NCBI GenBank assembly: GCA_050246315.1
Contig: JBFWWG010000002.1
Span: 561,159 to 625,158, forward strand
DNA from: Nitrospiraceae bacterium
GTDB lineage: Bacteria; Nitrospirota; Nitrospiria; Nitrospirales; Nitrospiraceae
DNA length: 64,000 nt
Direction of reading: 5' to 3'
Shown here: positions 45,638 through 55,948 of the stretch, in pieces
Layout: each line of letters opens with the position of its first letter
Position numbering within the stretch: position 1 is the first letter of the stretch
Notes under the pieces: generated by a model
Database searches by the model: none
What the model was told of the DNA's origin: nothing
The model's input: the letters and a program-made list of their open reading frames with translations, nothing else
Made by a program: the position numbers and the translations under genes

Positions 45638-48600
45638 CCCGAGGCGCGCTCAGAAACCCTTACGCCGTCTTTGCACTCTGCATGATCGCAATCGTGCTCG
45701 GCGCCGTGTCCTACCAGAAGATGCGCGTGGACATCTTTCCGGAGATCAAACTTCCGACCATCCTGGTGACAACATTCTATCGGGGTCTCAGCCCGGCTGA
45801 GATGGAGGGCGCGATCACGCTCAGGATGGAACAACGGTTTATCGAGGCCAGCTACATCGAACACATCGAATCGCAGTCGCTAGCGGGCATCAGTTACATC
45901 AAAGTATTTTTTCAGCCGGAGTACGGGATCGACGCGGCACAATCGGAGATTACCAGCCTCGCCTATAGCATCATTCGTCTGCTACCGCCTGGCGTCTATC
46001 CACCATCCGTTTACAAGTTCGGTGTGGCCAGTATGCCGATCGGACTCCTCTCGATCAGCAGCGACCAGTTAGGTGCCAAGGAAATTCGAGATTTGGCTTA
46101 TTTCAGCGTGCGCAACCAGATCGCCAGCATCCCCGGCATTTCGTTCGGCCCTCCACTCGGCGGTAAGGTACGGCAGATCACGGTCTTCTTGGACCAACAA
46201 CGGCTGCTGGCCCGTAGCGTCTCGCCCTCTGAAGTCGTCAAGGCCATCAATTCCCAGAGCGCGATCATCCCCGCGGGAGACATCAAGATCGGCGACCTCG
46301 ATTACTACGTCTATTCCAACAGCCTGATCGACCTCGTGGAGAAGCTCAACGGCATCCCGATCAAAGTCGTGAACGGCACGCCGGTGTTCGTGCGCGACAT
46401 CGGATGGGCCGCCGACTCGACTGCGATTCAAACCTCTGTGGTCCGCGTGAACGGGCGGGAATCCACATACCTGCCGATTACCAGGCAGGAAGGCGCCAAC
46501 ACGTTGGAAGTGGCGGATGGCATCAAGGAGCGGCTCAAACACCTCACAGAAATTCCTGCCGGGACCGCCGTCAAATTCATTTACGATCAATCGCTCTACA
46601 TTCGCCAGGCTATCGCCAATCTCCAGAAAGAGGGTCTCTTGGGGGCCTTCCTGGCCGGTTTGATGATCTACCTGTTTCTCCGGAGCGTGAAGGCCGCTCT
46701 CGTCGTCGGCCTGGCGATCCCTCTCTCGCTGACGACCGCGCTGGTCGCACTGTACCTGACCGGACATACGGTCAACATCATGACGCTGGGCGGCTTGGCC
46801 CTCGTCATCGGCACCTTGCTCGACAATAACATCGTCGTCCAGGAGAACATGCACCGGCATCTCGAATTGGGGAAGGATGGGCGCAGCGCCGCGGAGGATA
46901 GCGCGGTTGAGCTGACGTTGCCGATCTTTGTGGCGACGATCTGCATTCTCATCGTCTACCTCCCAATCGTCTTCTTCACCGGGATCGTGAAATATCTCTT
47001 CGTGCCGTTGGCGCTCACCGTCGCCTTCGCCATGTTGGCGGATTACGCCGTATCCATGTCCGTCACCCCCGTCGTTCTGGCTCGACTCTATCGAGCCGGA
47101 CATCAGGACCATGGCGAGGATCACTCGACCCAATCCGACTGGTTTCGCCACGTGCTCGCGCTCTATGAACCGGCATTGCGACAGTGTCTCCGATTCAAGG
47201 CTTTCGTCATCCTCGGGGCGGTGGTGACGCTGCTCGCCGTCGGTCTTTTCGTCGTCCCGAGATTGCACAGTGAATTCTTCCCGAAGGTCGACGCCGGCAA
47301 CTTCACCATGTTGGTTACCGCACCGGAGGGATCGCGCATTGAAAAAACGACAGCCATCGTGGCGCAGATCGAGGGTCTCATCCAGGAGGTCATCCCCAAA
47401 CAGGAGATCGAACAGGTGATCTCAAATACAGGCCTCTATTACGGCGACGCGGCCCGCTTTGCCCCCAACACCGGGAACCATACGGCCTTTGTCCTGGTCG
47501 ATCTCGTGCCTGGCCACGCAGTCCCCACCGATCGATATCTCTCGCAGCTCCGCACCCGTCTCCGTCAGGAACTGCCTGGCGTGGATGTCGCGTTCCAAAC
47601 CGGAGGCATCATCAGCGATGTGTTGAACTTCGGCCTGCGCGCCCCGATCGATATCCAGGTCCGAGGTCCCAAGCTCGATCTGATCCGTCCGGTGGCCGAG
47701 GAGATCCGCCAGAAAGTGGCGCAGGTCCCCAACACGGAGGACGTGCGTATCAAACAGGGTAAGGCCTATCCCGAGCTGCACATCGACGTCGATCGCACCA
47801 AAGCCGCCTACTACGGCATCACACAGGACCGGGTGATCGTGGACGTGATCACCGGCATCAGCTCGAACATCGCGCTCAGCCCCAACTACTGGCTCGATCC
47901 GAAAACCGCCAACGGCTATTATCTGCTGGCTCAGTATCCGGAGCAGGAACTGAGAGATACGCAAGACCTGCTCAACATCCCGATCATCGGGGCGCGAACG
48001 CCGCTGCTCCCTACGGCCAGTTTGGCGACCGGCGCCGGCTCGGGTACCACCTCGCTGGCGCTCCAGAACACCCCCTTCGCAGGACGTCAGTTGGAATTGG
48101 CGAACGGCTTCTATGCCCAAGGGGACGAGCGGCGCGGCCCTCCGGTGCTGCTACGCGACGTCGCAGACCTGCGGATCAAGTCCGGGCCGGATTCGGTCGA
48201 TCACTACGATCTCTCCCGTTTGATCAACGTACTGGTCACACCGGTCGGGAACGACCTTGGACGGGTCGCCCAGGAGATCGAACGGGTGCTGGCCGGAATC
48301 ACGCTCCCCAAGGACGTCACCGTTGTGCTGCGCGGTGAAGTGGCCAACATGCGCGCGGCGTTCAACAATTTCGCCTTGGCGTTGCCGCTGGCGGTGCTGC
48401 TGATTTTCTTGGTGATGGTCGGTCTATTTCGCTCGTTTATCGATCCGCTTATCATCCTGGTGGCGGTCCCGTTAGGATGGATCGGCACCGTGCTGATGCT
48501 TGTGCTGACTAACACCTCAGCCAATGTTGAATCCATGATCGGCACCTTGATGATGATGGGTATCGTCGTCTCGAACAGCATTCTGTTGGTCGACTTTGCT

Positions 48601-48891
48601 AACCGGATGGCCCGCGCCGGCCTCTCGCCTCGCGACGCCGTACTGGCCGCAGGACGGCAGCGGATTCGTCCGATTTTGATGACCGCCCTCGCCACCATTT
48701 TGGGCTTGCTGCCGTTGGCACTTGGTTACGGCGAGGGGAATGAAACGATGGTCCCCTTGGCCCGTGCCGTCGTCGGAGGCCTGATGGTTTCGACGGTCAT
48801 GACTCTATTCGTGGTGCCGGTGATGCACAACCTGGTGCTGGCGCGAGAGCAACGCCGGCACGAAGCCGAGAGGGCCTCTGCTTCCCGTTAA
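45631..48891 (+). CDS. RND efflux permease (full length)
   Basis: NIMTLGGLALVIGTLLDNNIVVQEN, VSNSILLVD, RIRPILMT. Confidence 0.93.
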   Translation: MLTRGALRNPYAVFALCMIAIVLGAVSYQKMRVDIFPEIKLPTILVTTFYRGLSPAEMEGAITLRMEQRFIEASYIEHIESQSLAGISYIKVFFQPEYGIDAAQSEITSLAYSIIRLLPPGVYPPSVYKFGVASMPIGLLSISSDQLGAKEIRDLAYFSVRNQIASIPGISFGPPLGGKVRQITVFLDQQRLLARSVSPSEVVKAINSQSAIIPAGDIKIGDLDYYVYSNSLIDLVEKLNGIPIKVVNGTPVFVRDIGWAADSTAIQTSVVRVNGRESTYLPITRQEGANTLEVADGIKERLKHLTEIPAGTAVKFIYDQSLYIRQAIANLQKEGLLGAFLAGLMIYLFLRSVKAALVVGLAIPLSLTTALVALYLTGHTVNIMTLGGLALVIGTLLDNNIVVQENMHRHLELGKDGRSAAEDSAVELTLPIFVATICILIVYLPIVFFTGIVKYLFVPLALTVAFAMLADYAVSMSVTPVVLARLYRAGHQDHGEDHSTQSDWFRHVLALYEPALRQCLRFKAFVILGAVVTLLAVGLFVVPRLHSEFFPKVDAGNFTMLVTAPEGSRIEKTTAIVAQIEGLIQEVIPKQEIEQVISNTGLYYGDAARFAPNTGNHTAFVLVDLVPGHAVPTDRYLSQLRTRLRQELPGVDVAFQTGGIISDVLNFGLRAPIDIQVRGPKLDLIRPVAEEIRQKVAQVPNTEDVRIKQGKAYPELHIDVDRTKAAYYGITQDRVIVDVITGISSNIALSPNYWLDPKTANGYYLLAQYPEQELRDTQDLLNIPIIGARTPLLPTASLATGAGSGTTSLALQNTPFAGRQLELANGFYAQGDERRGPPVLLRDVADLRIKSGPDSVDHYDLSRLINVLVTPVGNDLGRVAQEIERVLAGITLPKDVTVVLRGEVANMRAAFNNFALALPLAVLLIFLVMVGLFRSFIDPLIILVAVPLGWIGTVLMLVLTNTSANVESMIGTLMMMGIVVSNSILLVDFANRMARAGLSPRDAVLAAGRQRIRPILMTALATILGLLPLALGYGEGNETMVPLARAVVGGLMVSTVMTLFVVPVMHNLVLAREQRRHEAERASASR

Positions 48892-48900
48892 GGACTGAAT

Positions 48901-50163
48901 ATGACCGACACGCACCCCTCATTCTTTCAGCGCGCATCGGTCCGATGGATCGGCTTATTCCTCGCGGCGCTGATTCTGGCCGCCGTAGGTGTCCACTGGC
49001 TTGCCCATGATGATCGCGGTGCCGCACCGCTGGTCGGAACGGGCCTGTCGGTGCCTGAAGAATTGGTCGAGGTCCAAGTCGCGAAGCCGATTCGCCGGAC
49101 CATCGCCTATACGGTTACGCTGCCCGCCAACATCGCACCTTGGTATCAAACCACGCTCTACGCCAAGGTCTCCGGATACTTGAAGTGGATCGGGCCGGAC
49201 AAGGGCGATCAGGTGAAGAAGGACGAGGTGGTCGCCGTCATCGACGCGCCGGAAGTCGAGGAGCAGTACCAACAAGCGGTCGCGGACTACAAGATCAAAA
49301 AGCTCACCTATGAGCGGCTCTCCAACGTCTGGAAGACCACGCCCGACGTGATCGCCAGACAGGATGTGGACGTGGCGCAGGCCGCCTACGAGGGCGCCAA
49401 GAACCAGATGCAGCAGCGCGCCGTCTTGCGAGACTACACCAAGGTGCGGGCGCCGTATGACGGCGTCGTGACGGCTCGCTTCGCCGATCCTGGAGCACTG
49501 ATCCAAGTCGCCACGTCCTCCGCCACAACCGCCATTCCTCTCTTTACCATCATGGATCTGAGCACGGTCCGGGTCTATGCCAATGTCCCGCAGGACGACA
49601 CACCCTTTGTGACGCCCGGCACAACCAAGACCGTCGTGAACGTCAAGGAACTGACAGGGCGGACGTTCACTGGCACCGTTACCCGAACGACCTTGGCGCT
49701 CGATCCGACCACGCGCAGCATGCTGGTCGAAATCGATCTGCCGAATCCGGACCATGCCTTGCGGCCCGGCACGTTTGCCGAAGTGATCCTGGCGCTCCGC
49801 GAGATCCCCGACGCCTTGGTCGTGCCGCCGAATGCCCTCTCCACCACCAATAAGACCAAATTGGTCTATGTCGTGGATCAAGGCAGAGCCAAAACCAAAG
49901 TCGTCCAGACCGGTATCACCGATGGGAAATGGTTGGAGATCGTGAGCGGATTGACGGAACAGGAAGAAGTTGTGGTCGTGGGCAAATCCAAACTCACGGA
50001 GGGTACGCCCGTCAAGGCCTCTCCCTACAACCTGCCGGAAGGGCAAGTCTCTTCACAACGGTTCGAACGACGAACCGCCGGTAGCCCGGCCCTCGATACG
50101 ACCAAGGGCGACAACGGCAACGGAACCAACGGCGTCAACGGTAACGGCGCCTATTCAAAATGA
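48901..50163 (+). CDS. RND periplasmic adaptor (MFP)
   Basis: AKVSGYL, DKGDQVKK, VRAPYDGVV, LDPTTRS. Confidence 0.93.
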   Translation: MTDTHPSFFQRASVRWIGLFLAALILAAVGVHWLAHDDRGAAPLVGTGLSVPEELVEVQVAKPIRRTIAYTVTLPANIAPWYQTTLYAKVSGYLKWIGPDKGDQVKKDEVVAVIDAPEVEEQYQQAVADYKIKKLTYERLSNVWKTTPDVIARQDVDVAQAAYEGAKNQMQQRAVLRDYTKVRAPYDGVVTARFADPGALIQVATSSATTAIPLFTIMDLSTVRVYANVPQDDTPFVTPGTTKTVVNVKELTGRTFTGTVTRTTLALDPTTRSMLVEIDLPNPDHALRPGTFAEVILALREIPDALVVPPNALSTTNKTKLVYVVDQGRAKTKVVQTGITDGKWLEIVSGLTEQEEVVVVGKSKLTEGTPVKASPYNLPEGQVSSQRFERRTAGSPALDTTKGDNGNGTNGVNGNGAYSK

Positions 50164-50179
50164 ATACAAGGAGCCATCG

Positions 50180-51541
50180 ATGAGCCCTGACTCGACCTCA
50201 GCTCCGCGACAGCTTTGGCTCACAGTTTGCGCCCTCCTTCTAACCGCCGGACCGGCGTTCGCACAGGAGGAGGTCCTGCTGAAAGGCAAGTTTCTCGCCC
50301 TTCGGCAGGCTGTGGAACTGGGGCTCAAACAGCACCCAGCCGTCCTAGAGGCGCAGGCGCAGGTCAACGCGGCGGACGCGCGCATTAAACAGACACAATC
50401 GCTCTACTACCCGCAGATCTATGCCGACGCGAATACGGTCGCCGGAGCCGGGCGGAACAACCCGCGATTCATGATCAGCGGTGGATTGCTACAAGAGAAC
50501 CAGTCCACATTTGCCGGCGGCCTGCTCGCCAACCAACGGATCTACGACTTCGGCTTCACCCAAAACATGGTCGAATCCTCCAAGCTCGCGGCAGAGGCAC
50601 AAGGGCAAGACCTCCGGGCGCGGCGCTCGCTCATCACCTTGACGGTGCAACGGGCGTACTTCAACAGTCTCAAGCGCCAACGACTCGTCCAGGTCGCAGA
50701 GGAAACCGTCCGGGAACGTGGGACCATCACCGGTCAAATCGCCGCGCTCCATCGCCAGCAGCTCAAATCCAAACTGGACCTCAACTTGGCGCAGGTCGAA
50801 TTGACGAACGCCGAATCTCAGCTCGTCCGGGCCCGCAATGATTTGAAAGCCAGTTTCGTCGAGTTGAACCGTGCGATGGGGATCCAGGGCTTGGATGACT
50901 ATGTGCTGGAAGATCTTCCGGTCGCCATTCACGAGCTGCCCCCGCTTCCCTCTTTGTTAGAGGGCAGCCAGGCCCACCCGGAATTGCGCCGTGCCAAAGA
51001 GTTCACGGCCTCGGCCGAGGCCAAACTCGTCGCGACGAAACGGCAGTACCTGCCGACGATCTCCGCATTTGCCAGCGGCGGCGCGTTTGAGCCTTTTGAT
51101 ACGAGGCAAGGCCAGCAGACCGGCGGCTGGTGGACCGCCGGCGCCCTGGTGTCCATGCCGCTCTTCACGGGGTTTTTGATCGAGAACCAGGTGCGGGAGG
51201 CCGGCGCCCAGCAGGCCGCAGCCCAGGCGGCCAGCACCAACATCGAGCAGGCATTGAGCCAGCAAGTCACGACCTCCTATCTCGAAACGCTGACCATCGC
51301 CCAGCAGATTCGCCTTGCGGAGGAGCAGGTTCGGACGGCGCAAGAAGCGCTGCAACTCTCGCAGCAGCGGTACAAGCTGGGGTTAGGCACCGTGGTCGAA
51401 GTGACGCAGGCTCAAGTCGCGGTGGCAACCGCCAAGACAAGACTCGCGGAGTCACAGTACGATTATGTGATTTCCCAGGCGACCCTGGCGTATGCGGCGG
51501 GACTCATTACGGCCGACCGGCCGGATGAAGTGCTGCGGTAG
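50180..51541 (+). CDS. TolC family outer membrane efflux protein
   Basis: Signal peptide; two OEP repeats (YYPQI, YLPTI, RYKLGLGT); AAGGAG RBS. Confidence 0.9.
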   Translation: MSPDSTSAPRQLWLTVCALLLTAGPAFAQEEVLLKGKFLALRQAVELGLKQHPAVLEAQAQVNAADARIKQTQSLYYPQIYADANTVAGAGRNNPRFMISGGLLQENQSTFAGGLLANQRIYDFGFTQNMVESSKLAAEAQGQDLRARRSLITLTVQRAYFNSLKRQRLVQVAEETVRERGTITGQIAALHRQQLKSKLDLNLAQVELTNAESQLVRARNDLKASFVELNRAMGIQGLDDYVLEDLPVAIHELPPLPSLLEGSQAHPELRRAKEFTASAEAKLVATKRQYLPTISAFASGGAFEPFDTRQGQQTGGWWTAGALVSMPLFTGFLIENQVREAGAQQAAAQAASTNIEQALSQQVTTSYLETLTIAQQIRLAEEQVRTAQEALQLSQQRYKLGLGTVVEVTQAQVAVATAKTRLAESQYDYVISQATLAYAAGLITADRPDEVLR

Positions 51542-52313
51542 GGAATGCTGCCGCCCGTACCAAGGTCGGGGGCTCCTGAACCCGATCGAGGTCGATGATC
51601 AGCTCATCCTTTTCCAGACCGATCAGAATATCGAACCAACTGGGACGCTGCTCGACCACAGCGGCTCCATCGTCGAAGTAGAGGTGGAAGCCCTTCGGTC
51701 CCGTCGGGCGCATGGGATACCGCTTGTCGTAAATCATGCCGTAGGCGGGGATGCCGTACATTATCTGCCTGTTCGCGAGGACAAAATGCAGCAACGACCC
51801 CTGTAGGTACAGACCTCCAGAAGTGATTTCCCGCTTGATCGATGTCTCCGGCCGGCTGAGATAGAACATGACCCGCTCGTTCCATTTCGCCTGACTGAGA
51901 GCCTCAGCCAGCTTCGGCACCAGCAGCTTCAACTCCTCTTCGCGGAACGCCGGCTCTCGTGGCGCCATCCCGAGCAATTTTTTCTGGATCACGATGCGGC
52001 GCTCCTGCACCTGGAAGCCGGTCAAGATGCGCTTCAGCAGATCCTCGCTGAGGGAGGCCGGATGGCTGTGAGCGGATGGGGGCCATTCGGGGAGCACATA
52101 GGGGTCCGGCTCCAGGCGAACGAAATTGACCGGGTCTTCATAGACCACGCGGGCCGGCACCTGCGGAATTGCGCAGCCGAAGGCCAGAACCATCGCCGCG
52201 ATGTGAACACCGAGTACCGAGGAAGAGGCCAATTTCAGCCGCCGCCATCCGGAGTATGCACGATCCCGACTCAAACCTTGCTTCCTTCCCTCCTCTCTTC
52301 GCCCAGCACTCAT
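51507..52313 (-). CDS. Hypothetical lipoprotein, third paralog of the porin-associated family
   Basis: Lipobox AFGC; SHPASLS, AFREEEL, ITSGGLY; true start probably internal. Confidence 0.7.
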   Translation of the reverse strand: MSAGRREEGRKQGLSRDRAYSGWRRLKLASSSVLGVHIAAMVLAFGCAIPQVPARVVYEDPVNFVRLEPDPYVLPEWPPSAHSHPASLSEDLLKRILTGFQVQERRIVIQKKLLGMAPREPAFREEELKLLVPKLAEALSQAKWNERVMFYLSRPETSIKREITSGGLYLQGSLLHFVLANRQIMYGIPAYGMIYDKRYPMRPTGPKGFHLYFDDGAAVVEQRPSWFDILIGLEKDELIIDLDRVQEPPTLVRAAAFPTAALHPAGRP

Positions 52314-52331
52314 CGCTCAGGACTCCGTCGG

Positions 52332-52841
52332 TTACTCGCTAATGGTCACCGTCATCTCCACCCGCTCGAGCGGATTGTCGCGGCCATCCCGTTTGGCGCT
52401 CACCACCCGGTCCGCCACCTCCATGCCGCTCACGACCTCGCCGAACACGGTATAGTTCCAGTCCAAAAAGTGGGAATCGGCAACGCAGATGAAGAACTGC
52501 GAGCCGGCGCTGTCGGGATCATTGGCTCGCGCCATGGACAGCGCCCCGCGCTTGTGGGGATTGCTGTTGAACTCCGCTTTGACCTTGTGGCCCGGCCCTC
52601 CCATGCCATGCAATGCGCGGTCGGGCTGCTTACTGTTCGGATCGCCGCCCTGGATCATGAACCCGGGGATCACGCGATGAAAGGTCGTCCCGTCGTAGAA
52701 CTTCTCGCGGGCGAGCTTCACGAAATTCTCCACGTGTTTGGGCGCCACGTCCGGGAAAAAGCGCAGCACCATCTCGCCCAATGGCTCGCCCTTCATCGTC
52801 AACCGTATGGTGGCGCGGGTGGTTTCGGTCACGGCAGTCAT
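52332..52841 (-). CDS. Cyclophilin-type peptidyl-prolyl isomerase
   Basis: FYDGTTFHRVIPGFMIQGGDP, LSMAR, SAGSQFFI, YTVFGEV. Confidence 0.97.
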   Translation of the reverse strand: MTAVTETTRATIRLTMKGEPLGEMVLRFFPDVAPKHVENFVKLAREKFYDGTTFHRVIPGFMIQGGDPNSKQPDRALHGMGGPGHKVKAEFNSNPHKRGALSMARANDPDSAGSQFFICVADSHFLDWNYTVFGEVVSGMEVADRVVSAKRDGRDNPLERVEMTVTISE

Positions 52842-52863
52842 TCCGATGTCTCCTGCGTTGAGG

Positions 52864-53982
52864 TTATTGGAACGTAAACGGCACTTCCTGTTCGACCCGC
52901 AACCCCTCGCTCACCCCGACCCACGTGGCGCCCTCGTCGCTGCTCCGGAAGACGCCGGCGTTGGTGCCCGCGTAGAGCGTGCCGTTCCGAGACACCACGA
53001 GCGATTGGATGGATTGCTCGGTCAGCCCCTTGTTCAAGGGTATCCACTTCTGTCCCTTATTGTCGGTCTTGTAGATGCCCCGTCCCGTCGCGACGATCAA
53101 GGTCTTGTCGGCGACCACAATGCCGCGGATGGAATCGTTGGGAAGCGCGCGGCTGATCGGGCGCCAATTCTCTCCCCGATCCGCGCTGTGGAAAACCCCG
53201 CCGTCGAATGTCCCGATGTAGAGTTCCTGATCTTTGTCCATGGTGATGACGCGGATGAAGTTTTCCACCAACCCTTCATGATCCTTCAAACCCTGCCTCA
53301 TGCGCGACCAGCCCGGGGTCGATTTGTGAAACCGCATCACTCCCTTTCCGGACGTGCCGGCATAGAGGGTCCCGTCCTTGGCCTGAGCCAGCGCATGCAC
53401 CAGCGTGTCATCGAGACCGGTCGTCACCACCGACCACTTGGGCGAGGTTTCAGAACTCTGATAGACTCCGTCTCCGGTTCCGGCGAATAACTGGCCGCGG
53501 TTGACCACCAAAGCCTTCACCTCCAATCGCTTGAGCCCCTCGTTGATCGGTTCCCACCCGGCCTGCGCCGATTTTTTTCGGAACACCCCGCCGCGAAACG
53601 TGCCGGCGTAGACGGTTCCGTCCCGAGCCGTCGCCAACGACAGAACAAACGGATCGCTGAGTCCTTCGTTGACCGCCACCCACTGGTCACCGCGGTTGTC
53701 GCTACGGTAAATACCGGCGCCAAACGTCCCGGCATAGATGAGATGATCGTTCACAGCGGTCAAGGCTTGAATGCTCGCAGCAGGATTCGGGATGACGAAT
53801 CCTCCCTCCTTGCCGTAGGCGGGCCTGTCGCCGAGTTGCCACCTAGCCCATTCGCCCATACCGAAGCGCGAGTCGATCACCGCAAACAACGCGACACCCG
53901 CGGCCAAGCCCGCGACCACACGCAGTCTATGCCCGAGGACCTGCATGCACCGGACACCATCGTGTGTTTTCGGCAGTAGCAT
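52864..53982 (-). CDS. Exported BNR/Asp-box beta-propeller protein
   Basis: Seven repeats of LYAGT.xGVFRS.D.G..W...N.GL. Confidence 0.85.
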   Translation of the reverse strand: MLLPKTHDGVRCMQVLGHRLRVVAGLAAGVALFAVIDSRFGMGEWARWQLGDRPAYGKEGGFVIPNPAASIQALTAVNDHLIYAGTFGAGIYRSDNRGDQWVAVNEGLSDPFVLSLATARDGTVYAGTFRGGVFRKKSAQAGWEPINEGLKRLEVKALVVNRGQLFAGTGDGVYQSSETSPKWSVVTTGLDDTLVHALAQAKDGTLYAGTSGKGVMRFHKSTPGWSRMRQGLKDHEGLVENFIRVITMDKDQELYIGTFDGGVFHSADRGENWRPISRALPNDSIRGIVVADKTLIVATGRGIYKTDNKGQKWIPLNKGLTEQSIQSLVVSRNGTLYAGTNAGVFRSSDEGATWVGVSEGLRVEQEVPFTFQ

Positions 53983-53996
53983 ACGACCTCCTGCGA

Positions 53997-54779
53997 CTAG
54001 CGCATCCGATGACCGGCGGTTTCGATGGGCAACTCGCCGTCGATCGTAAACGCTTGGTTCGCCGAGGGGGCAGGTGCGTATCGGCGGAACCACCAGGCGC
54101 CCCAAATACCGATTTCATATAACACCATCAGCGGAACGGCCATCAACAGCATGGTGAACATGGTCGCGTCGGGAGTGACGATCGCCGAGACGATCAAGGA
54201 CCCGAGGATGGCATGCCGCCGGAAGCGCGTGAACACCTGCCAGCCCAGCACTCCGGCGCGGGCCAGGAGCGTCATGGCCAGCGGCAGCTCGAAGGCACAC
54301 CCCATCACGAAGAGAAACTTGGTATTGAAATCGATATAGGTGCCGACCGCCAACTGCGGCGTCAGCGAGCGCTCCATGCCGAACTCGACGAAAAACTCAA
54401 TGACCAGCGGGAGAATCACCAGGTTGCAAAACACCAATCCCAGAATGAAGAGACCCGCCGCCAGGCAAAACAGCGGAATCGCCCACCGGCGCTCCTTCTG
54501 CAGGAGCGCCGGCTCCACGAATTTCCAAAACTGATAGAAAATGACCGGAAGGCTGACTACCACCGACGCGAACAGCGCCACCTTGACCGACGCGAAAAAC
54601 GCCTCGGTCGGACCATAAAAGACGAGATCATCCGCGAGCGGGCGCCTCAGCCAGGCCACCATCTCGGCCGAATAGGCGAACATCACCACAAAGGCCGCCA
54701 TGACGGTGCCTGCGATGATCAGCAGCCGGTGCTTGAGTGATCGGATGTGCGCTTGAAGCGGAGCCAGAACCGCCGCCAT
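53997..54779 (-). CDS. tatC: Twin-arginine translocase subunit TatC
   Basis: PTEAF, YQFWKFVEPAL, FELP, TPD, LYE. Confidence 0.95.
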   Translation of the reverse strand: MAAVLAPLQAHIRSLKHRLLIIAGTVMAAFVVMFAYSAEMVAWLRRPLADDLVFYGPTEAFFASVKVALFASVVVSLPVIFYQFWKFVEPALLQKERRWAIPLFCLAAGLFILGLVFCNLVILPLVIEFFVEFGMERSLTPQLAVGTYIDFNTKFLFVMGCAFELPLAMTLLARAGVLGWQVFTRFRRHAILGSLIVSAIVTPDATMFTMLLMAVPLMVLYEIGIWGAWWFRRYAPAPSANQAFTIDGELPIETAGHRMR

Positions 54780-54854
54780 GGTGTCTCATCCAAGCCAAGC
54801 CAAACAAAAAAGGGGCGACGCCGCGATCCGGCCCGCCCCTGTCCAGTGAACCGA

Positions 54855-55100
54855 TTATCGTGCGGGCGCCCCCAGACTTTCCTCCCTGGCGCGACGGATC
54901 AGTTCAGCCATTTGGTCTTTCTTGGACAGTTTTTCCTTTTGAATCTGCTTCTTCAAGAGTTCTTCCGCCGGCGTCAACACATGACGCTTCTGCAGATCCG
55001 CAAGCTCGGCATCGAGCCGGTGGTGGGCCTCCTCCAGCTCTCGGTACTCCACGTTCGTAGCTCGCAGCCGGTCGGCGATGACGCTCTCGTCGTTGAGCAT
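54855..55100 (-). CDS. YdcH/DUF465 family protein
   Basis: YRELEEAHHRLDAEL...KEKLSKKDQM; GGAGG RBS. Confidence 0.8.
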   Translation of the reverse strand: MLNDESVIADRLRATNVEYRELEEAHHRLDAELADLQKRHVLTPAEELLKKQIQKEKLSKKDQMAELIRRAREESLGAPAR

Positions 55101-55158
55101 GTGGCACCTCCCTGGTCAGGATGAGGGTGATAGTAGGAACGTCGCTGTGCCAGGACTT

Positions 55159-55680
55159 TCACTCCGTCCGATTCTCCGAAAGCAAGTCGGCACACATCAA
55201 AATCGCATCCTCGCATGGGTTCCGATAGTATTGTTGTCGCACACCTGTTTCCTGAAATCCAAGCCCCCGATAGAGCGCGCGGGCCGCGGCATTGCCGGCG
55301 CGCACTTCAAGAAGCCCGTGGCGGACTCCGGCCCGGCACCCTTCCTGCACGGCGTGGGCTACCATCGCGCGGGCCAACCCCTGACGCCGATCCGCCTCCT
55401 GCACGGCGAGGTTCATGATCCGCAACTCGTCGAAGATGAGCCAAAAGCAGAGATACCCGCTGAGGCGACCGAGGCCACCCAGATGGTCTCGCCGCCGGAG
55501 CACAAGGACACGGGCAAATTGGTTGCCCGTCATCTCCCCGGTGAACATCTTGGCGGTCCAGGGATCCGAAAACGAGGCCGTTTCAACCGCCAACATCTCC
55601 GGCACATCCTTGGCGGTCGCAGGCAGCAACACAAACCCCGCGGGGAGAGTCGGTCTAATATTAGAATCTTGCGCCAGCAT
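55159..55680 (-). CDS. rimI: Ribosomal protein S18 alanine N-acetyltransferase
   Basis: SFSDPW, NLAV..RRQG, LEVRAGN, LYRGLGF, YY.NP.EDA; adjacent to tsaB. Confidence 0.92.
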   Translation of the reverse strand: MLAQDSNIRPTLPAGFVLLPATAKDVPEMLAVETASFSDPWTAKMFTGEMTGNQFARVLVLRRRDHLGGLGRLSGYLCFWLIFDELRIMNLAVQEADRRQGLARAMVAHAVQEGCRAGVRHGLLEVRAGNAAARALYRGLGFQETGVRQQYYRNPCEDAILMCADLLSENRTE

Positions 55681-55704
55681 CCTGCGTCAACTCAGTTCGC
55701 GGGC

Positions 55705-55948
55705 TAGCCCGCATTGTTGATGGCAGCTCGTGACGAAACCGCCTAGACGCCATGCGTTGGACCCATTGCATGGAGGAGAGCAATGGGCACCCCCACGCGG
55801 AGCCGCGAGGAAGGAAGGCATACCTGAAACAGTATGTTGCCGACCGAGCGGCGAGCCTGCCCGCTTGGGAGCCGAAAACTCGCTCCCAAGTTCGTCGCAG
55901 CGGGGTATCGGCGGTTGCGGTGGAAGCGGTCATGAATAGTGTGGGCTA
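55705..55948. mobile_element. MITE-like element, family A
   Basis: TAGCCCGCATTGTTGATG ... CATGAATAGTGTGGGCTA; internal GCATACCTGAAACAGTATGTTG; ends on the tsaB TAG. Confidence 0.78.

Noticed and set aside
46069..50046. Long antisense ORFs (46069-47268 and 48955-50046 here; also 57628-58692)
   Set aside because: Shadow frames of well-supported genes in high-GC DNA
50110..50150. CAACGG microrepeat encoding NGNGTNGVNGNG
   Set aside because: In-frame low-complexity protein tail with no sign of phase variation
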